Assembly (NCBI GenBank): GCA_001687465.1
Contig: LVLI01000121.1
Span: forward strand, 1 to 64,000
Direction of reading: 5' to 3'
From: Halocafeteria seosinensis
Taxonomy: Eukaryota
DNA length: 64,000 nt
This document shows, in pieces, positions 12,214-22,150 of this stretch. Position numbers and translations under genes: made by a program. Numbering within the stretch: the stretch's first letter is position 1; each line of letters begins with the position of its first letter. The notes below the pieces were generated by a model. That model saw only the letters and a list, made by a program, of their open reading frames with translations. It was not told the origin of the DNA and did not search any database.

Positions 12214-12320
12214 GGGCGGGTCTTGAAAGCGGATATTGGTGGGTGGGTCAGGGTCACCGCGAAAATTTGAAAAAATGGCAGGTGGGTCAGAGGGCTGGCT
12301 CGAGCAGCTGGGGGTGGGTC
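12214..12320 (+). repeat. Four dispersed RGGYGGGTC direct repeats in a G-rich non-coding block
   Basis: gggcgggtc 12214, gggtgggtc 12241, aggtgggtc 12280, gggtgggtc 12312. Confidence 0.6.
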
Positions 12321-12425
12321 CAGGTGTGGATCATGCCGATGCTTACGGTTCAACAAAAACGAAAGCGATTTATATTTTCAGATTTTTTTTACATGAAGTT
12401 TATATTTATATGGAGAAAGGAAAAA

Positions 12426-12498
12426 TGGTGAATAGCGTCAGCGTTTTTGATGTTTGGCTTTGAGCGTAGCGAAAAGTCAACACATCAAAAATTCACCA
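12426..12498. repeat. Imperfect inverted repeat / stem-loop
   Basis: tggtgaat..tttttgatgt.ttggcttt [gagcgtagcg] aaaagtcaa.c.acatcaaaaa/ttcacca; loop contains GCGTAGC; the bulge agcgtcagcg resembles the loop. Confidence 0.7.
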
Positions 12499-12544
12499 CA
12501 TGTCACTGCGATATTGCGGCATAAGCTGTATTACTGATAATATA

Positions 12545-13064
12545 TTACGTGCGCCACACTCTGTAGTAAAAGTTGTCCTTACTGCACTGTGCCTGGTACC
12601 TATATCAGTATGAACACAGAGTAGAGATCCGAGTTCCACCCATTACCGCAAAACCAACCCCATTATTGCGCTTCTTCTTGTTGGCCTCTTGTCACCTTTC
12701 AACTCCAGCATCCTCTGCTCGAAGTCAGATACAGCCGGCTACTACAGTATTGTTTCCCATAGTCTCTCACACGCGCGACATACGTGTATAACGTTGTACC
12801 GAGTACTGCTTTGACTGTGTGCAGCCCATTTGCGCAAACCTTGACAAGAAGAAGAAGATGCAAGATACTCTCGCGGTTCCATTGACCCTCCGCGACGATG
12901 CCCCCTGCGAAAAAAGTCTGAAATTGTGCAAATAGTGTATTCAACATCCCTTCCAATGACTCCCCCGGTCCCAAGGTGCCAAAGTCCACAATCCATTCCA
13001 TTGTTACGTACACTGTAGATCGTTGCTTCTCGCCGAAGTTCTCAGTCGCAGCGAGTCGCACCAT
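12545..13064 (-). CDS. Possible small basic hypothetical protein (about 98 aa, three introns)
   Basis: Three GT-AG introns (gtacgt..cgcag, gtatgt..agcag, gtaatg..atatag) splice in phase to MVRLAATENFGEKQRSTVGHRRGGSMEPREY...RMLELKGDKRPTRRSAIMGLVLRYQAQCSKDNFYYRVWRT*; an upstream in-frame ATG at 13217 is possible; no recognised homology. Confidence 0.3.
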
Positions 13065-13318
13065 GTTCCCAACTTCAACTTGGTTAACGGCTGTCTTATA
13101 ACGACGCATACACGCTGAATTAGAGTGTTTTCGTATCGTCGCGTTGTACACGTGAGAGTCGACTGCATTGCATATGGTTTTGTTGATTGGAGTGGAAGAA
13201 AATGAGCTCCGCGACATCGGACGAGGAATACCAGATCCAGTACGTCGCAACTACTACGTTTTCGGATCCGAATGCATGATTTCACCCCCCTCTTTCCTTT
13301 ACCACGGTATCGTTCGCT

Positions 13319-16300
13319 ATGCGCAGTAGTCATGGGGAGGGTCAGACCGATGAGGCTCCGGCGATGGAAAATGGGCAACAGCAGCAACCATTTGAGGACG
13401 ATGGAATTGGCCCAACTGTGACGACAAATGCCTCTACAGAAGAGCAAACCACTTTGAGAGACGCTGGGGAGCACACGGAAAGTAAGACGAACTTGGCCGA
13501 TACAAGAGACGAGGAGGAACCCCAAACGGAAAGTGAAGCCCACGGTGACGGAAGTGCTATCCAGTCTCAGACTGAACCTCAAGGTGGGAAAGAAGCTGAG
13601 CATACCGAAAGGAAGAGTAATTTGCCCTCCGGTGAGAGCCTCTCCATTAGCTCATCGAGACGGAACGTCCTGGATGAAGAAGATGATCACGAGAATGCCA
13701 CCGGTGACCGCGATGGCATTTTACCGGTAGGGGGCTCGGGACGCCATCCAAAGAATAAACATTTCCAGAAAGAACGCAGCTCTCCTCACCGAATTAAGAA
13801 ATCCAGAGGAACTGCTCTGAACAAAAGCAAACAAAATCTTAATCCTTATTCTGGCACGATGGTACTTAAGGATCCTGATGGTGAAACAAAGCACCGTGAA
13901 CAGGGCGCTAACAAACCTGGGAAGCGGCGAGGCCGATTGGCAATTATTCAACGCCTGAGGGAATCTCCTCTTCATGAATCCATCTATGAAACCCTAAAGA
14001 AGCACCCGCAAAAACATCACGCTGAAGAGAAACAAGAGAGCGGAAACCGCCGAGGCACGGTCGATATCACCAGGGAGCTTAATGAACTACAAGCAGACAA
14101 TCACATCAAGTCGGAAAAAATTGAACAGATGCAACAATATATCTTTGAGCTAGAGGATCAATTACGTCAATACGAAAGGCAGGAGGATGGAGAGGAAGAA
14201 CCTTACACGATCGACTTTGAAGAATTATATTTTGCAGATTCCAGGCGGAAATCCCCATCGAAGACTTCTTCCAGTGGGGGACGGCATGCAAGCCAACACT
14301 TGCTCCAGCAACATTCTAAATCGTTACAACCTGGGAGTTTTCCAGACTACAAAACCGTTAGCAACGATACCTATCCGGTATACCTGGGCGCTGCCAACAC
14401 GTTACGTCAACAAGAGCTGGAGGACGAGGTCGTCAAATTGCGAAAAGAAGTGAACCGGCGAGTGCGAGAAGTTATTCGAATAAAAGAAGAAGAAGCAGCG
14501 AAAGAGAGGACACTCCACCGTGCTCAAGCAGACCTGAGTAACATGACGGAATGGTGCAACAAACTAGCTCGAGAGAATGAGCAGCTACATGAGATGGCCT
14601 CGATGGCAGCAACCCATGCAAACAAGCTGAATAAATCATACTTACGCCTGAACAAAGCCTTTGGTGTACTCGTGCGAGATCAAGCCACTGTAGGGGCCTC
14701 GAGCTCTACTTGCAGATTAGCTCAGGACGTTGCTTACAATCTGCGAGATGAATCCTCTGTTGTGGAGTCTTCCTACCGTCAACTTCATGGCAAGTCCGAA
14801 AATGTCAGACCGAACGTTTCCTCCCAGCAAGCTGCAGATTTAACATCTTTGTCGAACCCGAATACGAACATATCCAGTGAGAGCCTCGAAGTTGACACTG
14901 AAGGAGTTTACGGGGGTAAATCGGATGCTCCGGTAGATTCCATTATCCGCGACGTCCGCTCACGGTCAAAGAACAGAGCGGCTCGCTCAAGAGAGCATGA
15001 TCAATTTCCAGACAGTGACTGGATGGGGACCTCGGACGCGGAACATCACTATCCTCATCTGAAAAAACATCAGGACCAAAGCAGTTCTCAAGAATCTGAA
15101 GTTCCAACTTCTTCGGGATCTGCTATGCGAGATGCAATCGTGGTACTTGCAGCTGAAAATGCTTTCTGGCAGGTACGTGTCTGTCTCAGCGAAGATAATA
15201 TACATTTACTTGCGGTGTATCCTTACTGGTCTTCCATTGCAGGACCGCGTTTATCACATGGATGTGTACGCTAACTCGATCAGGAACACATTAAAGACGA
15301 CGAAACAGCATCTTGCTCATTTGATGGGGGTCATTAAACGGAAGGATGCTTCCATTCGGAGACACGAAGTTATCTATGATTCGCTAATACAACAGCGGAG
15401 AATTATGCTTCAATGTCTTGCCCAAGCTGGAGGTGCTTCAATGGAGCCTCTTCTTGAAGCCGCCGTTCAGTTCAGTGAACGAATTGAAGTTGATGAAATA
15501 AGGGCCAAAGAAAAGACAACACAAAACGATGAAACACAGCAAACAGAGCACCCAACTACAGTTTTAGATGCCATTGACTCATTGTTGTCTTCGCTTGAGA
15601 ATGAGGACGCTACCGTGCAACGACGTTACGAGCTGCTCCATAGAATTGCTGATGCGGCGGTATTGTACGAAAGCAGACGAAACCCATGGTATGCCAAGGA
15701 CCCCAATGTATTTGAAAATGGAGAGACGTCACCACCCTATCTTATGGGGCAAGAGCTCACTGTTACCTTTGATCAAATTTCAGAGGAAATCGACGACCTC
15801 TGTGACCAGTATGACATGACTTCTGAGACGAAGTCTCAGACTGCGTTTCCACCAACTTCATCTACCAAAACAGCTGAAATCGAAGAAGTCTTACAGAGTG
15901 TATTTAAACTACACACCGTCGAATCTAAGAAGCAAAAGGAACAACTAGATGTACAGTACGCTGGAGGGAACCGTTCGCAACAAAGGAAGCGAAGAAAACA
16001 GCTCACGGACCCGTATCAGGAGAATAATGAAGAGGAAGAAGGGGCTGATGAAGCCCACGTGGAGGAGGAGCAGGAGCAGGAGCCCAGTCTTGATATGTCT
16101 CTTGTAGGACAGATGCGCAGATTTCATAATTTGATAGCTAATGCTCTTTCTCCTGAAGCAAACGATTTAATACCTGCTCTCTTCGACCTGCTCTTAAGGA
16201 TCCGGCAAATTGCGGCTGTCCCATCACTTGTGACTCGTTCACTAATTGAAAAACGGGGATCTGAACGTATTGACGCCGCTTTGGAGGAAATTATCACTCA

Positions 16301-18518
16301 AGCATGCTCTATCGCAGAATCCGAACAGGGCTTCTTCCTCATGGTTGATTGGGCTAATGGTGAATCCTGGGTACGAAACGCGACTCTAGACGGAGGACTC
16401 ACAGTAGATAGGCAAATGCGGACAGCGCGGGCGACCGCGACAAAGGATGATGCGGAGGAGGATACTTATGGAGCTGAAGAAGAGTTTTCAGGGGAGAACG
16501 AACTGATTGGACTGCGTTTTTCTGTCGCTGAGGGTATTTTTTCTGCCGTTTCCAGCGGCGGGGGGCCAGTCTTGATTCAAGAAGCCTATTCAGATCCACG
16601 GTTTGACCCAGCTTGGGACGAACGAACTGGATTAGCCACCAACAACGTCTTGGCAATACCAGTCATCACTCCACACGGCGGAGGAGGGGCACCTCCTGAG
16701 TCGGCGGGAACGGATAGTGCCCTTGGAATGCGGAGTCCGAGCCACAAGCTGCGTGATGGCGCCGACGCAGACGACAATTGGTCCGGTCGTGTAATTGGCA
16801 TTATCAAAGTTGCTAATAAAAAACGAGCCGGTGACTTTACACCCCAGGATGTTCACTTGCTCGAACTCTTGGCAACCCAAGCAGCTTTGGTCCTTTCCGC
16901 TGGAGGACATGGTGGTGCTGATACGAGCTACGAAATCAATGAAGCCGGGATCGATAAGCAGCTGGACACGGCAAGGAGCTTTGATTTCGAAGGTTCTACC
17001 GCAGAAGGTACTCCGCGCAGAATGCGTCGGGCTGATACGTTTGTTGATACAACACCGATGTTTCAGCCTGCCCCAGTACCCGTCCCGAGAACCCAACGCA
17101 CCGGCAATGCTCCACAACCAATTGGGCCGAACCGCGAGGACCATATTCTTCTTAACTTTTTTAGAGCATCCAGGGTGCTCGATGCTCCGTTAATTCTGTA
17201 TGATTATCGTCATTCCAGAGGCTTACAACGACCACAGAGTCGGGACGCTGCAATCAGCAGTAGCCCGGCTCAGGACTTAGATTCTAAGACTGATGATAGA
17301 ATCCTTGCCTGGGTGGAATGGTGTGAGGATATCATCTCGGCCGTTGTGCCCGCCGCTGTTGGTTGTCGGCTGTTTGTGGTCGATCACTCTAGCGGCCCAC
17401 ACCGTGGTGGATGGGGACTATCGGTACATTCTGAGGCTACGGACCCTGGGGACGAGGCTTCTCCAGACACTGGTGTCTTGATGTACTCCTCGAGAAATAC
17501 CTTTGAAGAGCACATTGGCGTGTTGCAGGAAGCGTCTAAAGGAAGGCCTCGCACCCATGCCGGGGTGAAAAGCGCGATCGAGCGAGAGACCAAGCGAGCT
17601 CAAAGGCAAGATGAGCGCAATCTCGCGTTCAATGCTTCTCCTTTTGCTTCCCCGCGAGAGGAGTCCAGTAGTGTTCATATGGCGACATTGCTTCGTGATA
17701 ATGGCATCATTTATCCCTCTCCGCTGCCGGAACAGGGCCGTAGTGGTGATGGAGGTCCTACTTCGGGCTTTGATAAGCCGTCGCTGCTCCCTCTAAAGTT
17801 CTGGAGAACAACGGGACCTGCTGATCCTAAAATTGTAGGATCCAATTTCGTTAGGAATGATCTTCTACGATTTTCTTTGTGTCGTGGAGTCTTAGGCTCT
17901 CGGGAGTATTCCACGAACCACAGTGGAAGTTCTATTGCAGGACGAGTTGCAGGGAGGGGAAGAAGCGGATACCAAGTTGTTCAAGACGTTGGGTCATGCT
18001 ATTGGTTCAATGAGACGGTGGACCTGGATCTTTCTAGCTATCCATCTCTCTCCCTCATTTGTATCCCTTGCTGTGGCTCAGACGGTACTACAAATGCGGT
18101 GCTTCAGATTCCTGTTCGCTCCTCTGACGACGGCTTGTTACAGTGCCTTTCGGTTATCGGAGATCAAGTCGGAGCTTGGATATCATGTATCACGGCTCTG
18201 GATCATTTGGGAGGGTCCTCCGTACAACCGACTACCCCATGTTCCTTGTCCAGGTTATTGCCTCCGTATTTTTCCAACGAACATAGTGAAGTGGTCACGC
18301 TTCTAATGAAGGCGTTTGCTGAATCGGACAATAGCGGTGAATCAGAAGCGCTCAAGCGACTTGCAGAATCCTTGGAGGAAATTGTTGGTAAGGAGGCGGC
18401 ATCGACGGCAAAGCAGTCGTTGCAACATCTCGTTCCTGCGTTGCGGAATAGACTGCCGATGTTGTATGAGCGACATGCCTATGATGAGGAATCGAATAAG
18501 TTCACTAGGAATATGTGA
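13319..18518 (+). CDS. Large coiled-coil protein with two PDE-type GAF domains, no catalytic domain seen (about 1700 aa)
   Basis: ORFs 13319 and 15132 joined by intron 15173-15242. GAF-A: FSVAEGIFSAV..PVLIQEAYSDPRFDPAWDERTGLATNNVLAIPV..VIGIIKVANKK..FTPQDVHLL. Degenerate GAF-B: SIAGRVA..VVQDV..WFNETVD..SLICIPC..AVLQI. Confidence 0.8.
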
Positions 18519-18638
18519 TCTCGCAGCTGCAATTCATTCTAATAGACTACGGTTCCACTAAAAATATACTCTCTAGTGTCTACCACTTATTCCTTTCGGT
18601 AAAACCCTAATGGTTCACCGAATGGGATGCCAACAGTA

Positions 18639-20597
18639 TTACGAGAGTGCACGTTTCCTGCCTCTGCCTTGGGACCTGGGTTGAGCAGCAACTCTTCGTG
18701 CCTTGTCTCGCTTTTGAAGAACCTCAGCAGCGAAGTCAAGCGTACTTTGTGCTTTCTCTTCAATTTGCTGACTCCGTTCGCTTTCTAGCGCATTCTCATC
18801 GATCAATTCACCAGTAGACTCATAAAATCCCGGGAGAAACGGGAATGCATCTCTAGCTACCTCCTTGAATCCTCGCGTAAGATCCTCCGCGACAAGATTC
18901 TCCAGACTAGTGGGCATCCAGGATGAAAATAATTTCTGTAGGTATTTGTTGAAAGACAGCTCTTGGTCTAAATATGCCCCTTGAGCTTTCTCGTCTGCTT
19001 CCATTTCAGTGGCGTCTTTCCATACTTGATAATCATATTCACTGATGGACATCCTGATATCAAGTTTGAGCTTTCGGAAGACGTATCGATGCAAGGGTTG
19101 GCACAAAGATGCAGTCTTTGGCGGGACGAAGCTCAATTTGATCAGTCCACAATGCTTGTCCATCCAGTTTCGAAATTCAGCGCTAATACGTGTAGGAGAA
19201 CAGCTTATGATCAACACAGCTTTCTTGGCCATGGGATGGTGCTCCATTTGCTCTCTTACGTACGGTAAAACCCCGTCCGTAAGAAGTTGCTGCAATGTAG
19301 CAGTAGTTTGAGAAAACTTCTCTGGACCGCTGCGGGAGTATATCCACCTATGATTCGACAGATGAGGCTGTTCCGTACTGATTGGAGGCTCCTCAAATGT
19401 ACTTTCTGGTTGTATAAATGACTGTGTTGCGATTATTTCGCCACTCGCGGTAATGACAGGAGTAACGGTTAACGATTTTGTTTCCAGTTTCGCGCTACCA
19501 TCCGATTGCTTTCCACGGCGACTGTGCAAGTGGAACACGCATTCATCAAGATTTAACAGAAGTTGAGGAGGGGTACGATTCTCCTCAATCATGCGAAGAG
19601 TAGTAGCCACAAAAATCTGCGACTGGTCCCTTCTACTGTTGTCTTTATTAGAACTGGGTTCAGCTATCTGCGTTCTTGCAGGTTCCTCCTTGGGCGTCTC
19701 AACAGCTGCTCTGTTAGCTCTTGTAGGTTCACCTGCCGCCGACCTGTCCCCAGCTGCTCGCATAGTAACCATGGTATCGGCCGCAGATTGTAATGAGTTG
19801 TTCATACCACTTGACACATCATATGTGTAGGGAGCTGGCGGAGCTGTTGACGAATGCACTGGTTGAGAAGTAGCTCCACGTTGCTGAAAAGTGCAGGCGG
19901 CAATAGCATCCAACTGATACTGGAGACCTTGAGAAATCGTGGAAAACCGGTAATGGGAGACTCCGTTGAGTAGCTGCTGGTCGATTTTTATCAACTGATT
20001 TCTCCGGTTAGCCGGTAATAGCAACTCCCAGTGAGTAGAATCCGCCAAAAACCGCGTCAAAATTTCTTTCCATTCCATAGTGTTGATTAAACCGCGACTA
20101 GTACATTGTTGGAACCAAACAAGACATTCAGAATCCTTGGTATACAGCGTGTTCTCCAAAACCTGCTTTGTAGACGGACCGTGATGAATCCCATTCGAAA
20201 GCCAATGATATATCAGGCGCATAATAAAGCTCTGTAAGCGACACGGGAAACCACCACTTGAAGCGGTTCCTCCTTGACCACCAAAATGGCCGTCGTACGG
20301 ATTTCCTACAGTGTCGGTGTTGTGTGCCGGAGTTTGTTCCGCGGACAATGCTTGGGCACTCCATTGCATTGCCATGTTAGGCATCATCGTGTGCATCGGT
20401 CTTGGTTGGTAATTACCTCGAGGAGGAATTCCCCACCGGGGAAACGATGCTGGCTCATGATAGCCATGCATCGCTGGAGACCGAGGTGGATAGGACATAA
20501 GTTGTCCCGTAGCAACTGTGTTGACTTGATTTCCATTTTTTGCCTGTTCATGTTCTCCCCGATGTGCGTAGTGGTTGCTCAAGTCATTGTGCTGCAT
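18639..20597 (-). CDS. pogo/CENP-B-type DDE_1 transposase-derived protein, catalytically degenerate
   Basis: 652-aa uninterrupted ORF; LLNLDEC, LTVTPVITASGE, VLPYVRE, KAVLIISCSPTR (usually LLLDxxxxH), LSFVPPKTASLCQPLH (usually QPLD), VFRKLK; C-terminal RGRKR NLS-like. Confidence 0.8.
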   Translation of the reverse strand: MQHNDLSNHYAHRGEHEQAKNGNQVNTVATGQLMSYPPRSPAMHGYHEPASFPRWGIPPRGNYQPRPMHTMMPNMAMQWSAQALSAEQTPAHNTDTVGNPYDGHFGGQGGTASSGGFPCRLQSFIMRLIYHWLSNGIHHGPSTKQVLENTLYTKDSECLVWFQQCTSRGLINTMEWKEILTRFLADSTHWELLLPANRRNQLIKIDQQLLNGVSHYRFSTISQGLQYQLDAIAACTFQQRGATSQPVHSSTAPPAPYTYDVSSGMNNSLQSAADTMVTMRAAGDRSAAGEPTRANRAAVETPKEEPARTQIAEPSSNKDNSRRDQSQIFVATTLRMIEENRTPPQLLLNLDECVFHLHSRRGKQSDGSAKLETKSLTVTPVITASGEIIATQSFIQPESTFEEPPISTEQPHLSNHRWIYSRSGPEKFSQTTATLQQLLTDGVLPYVREQMEHHPMAKKAVLIISCSPTRISAEFRNWMDKHCGLIKLSFVPPKTASLCQPLHRYVFRKLKLDIRMSISEYDYQVWKDATEMEADEKAQGAYLDQELSFNKYLQKLFSSWMPTSLENLVAEDLTRGFKEVARDAFPFLPGFYESTGELIDENALESERSQQIEEKAQSTLDFAAEVLQKRDKARRVAAQPRSQGRGRKRALS

Positions 20598-22150
20598 TTC
20601 TTCGTGTTCTACGCTTCCTGTTCAACTCTTGCCACTGAGTACGGTTCTTGAACCGGAAGTGGCTGATTGACTTCCGTAGCGCGTGCCTAAAATGAACGAA
20701 CAAAGTCTCGTCTTTGCACCGTCATACGCATGCAAGGAGGAGGGGTTTCACGGTTCCTACTAGCGTCCACGCAAATGAAACAACGATAGAATTCTGCAGA
20801 CCACACGAGCATACTGAATACAGTACCGGGGGACCTACCACCAAGCAGCAACAAAGACTACTGAAGTCCCAAAAACTACCAGCATGATTCTATCCACTAA
20901 AAATACAGATAGCATCCACCTCATCTCCTGCTTCTCCCACCGGAAGAGCGAAAACATTGACAACCCGAGAAACACCTGAACCTACACTACATTCGCTTAG
21001 CTTCCCAACCGATGGTCATTCCTCGTCTCTTTGACACTTAACGAACCCCCTCCACGCCGGCGGCCAGTACAGCACAAGCCCGCACAAAGAGTCGAGGCTA
21101 CAGAAGCAAAAACAAATTGAACTGGACCTCTACGAAACCGCCCCGCCAGCGAACGTGCTGCTCACGACTGAGATAAATCACCGGGAAGAGCTTCGATCTG
21201 CTCTTTTATGTGGTATGGCAGTACTAACGACAAAAAAATAAAAGCCTTGCATACTCCGCCCTTCCGGCGGGGGTCAGAGCTCCGAGCCTCCGTCCACCCA
21301 GCCCTACAGTCAGGAAGTCATATGACACACTCACTTTCAGAAGCACAACAGGGGGTAGTGGATCTATTCAGTCTTGTATTTATGCCCCATTTCTTCCACT
21401 ATCCGGGCATCATTGTCGCATACCATCAGGGAACAATCGAACACAAGAGATGCAGGGTCGCCCGTCCCTGGATGGGGTGGGGTGCAAAAACGGTGCTGTT
21501 CCCCGATCACGAACCTTTCCAACGCTTAGCAACGACGCGGAAGCAGCCGCTGCCGCGCATACTACAGACTCTACTCAGGACTTCCCGCCACTTTCACGCT
21601 CGTTGAGCATGTGGGGACAGAAGCAATATATCCGTGGTGGAAGTGAACTGTCGTACTGGACAACTGTACCGGGGGATCTTCTAAGGGGAAGGGGGGCTTA
21701 CTTTTTGGACAAGCTAAAAGGGTGGTTTCGTTGAAAAGTAATGACTTCAACACACACTCTTCCTTTATAAAATGATATATAGACTCCTATACTATCTGTT
21801 CAAGGTAACTCAAGGGATAAAAAGGTCTCGTATACCGTACCAATCCCAGGACCACCGCAAATCTAGTCAAGGAGGTTCGCGCTGCGGAAAGCAAGAACAA
21901 AATACGCATTTGCTCAGGAATGCACGGAGGTTAACATGCAGAACCGTGTTACATTATGGGGAAATTCTTGCTGCAAGGTGTGGAACACGAACTATAGGTG
22001 TGAAGAACGGATTTAGAAAAACTCTGAGAGAGTTTCTTCGAACGCTGCTGACTGTACAACCGAACAGGAGCGAGGGTAGACGCTCTTCAACAGCGTCCGA
22101 AATTTGATGTCTCCTTACAAATAACAGCACGAAATAAAGCTAAGAAAATC

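Noticed and set aside
13000..13064. STVYVTM resemblance to SRP14
   Set aside because: The rest of the sequence does not match SRP14.
20821..21676. gtaccggggga repeated at about 20823 and 21666 as possible element ends
   Set aside because: Only an 11-bp direct repeat; not inverted and does not flank the DDE ORF.
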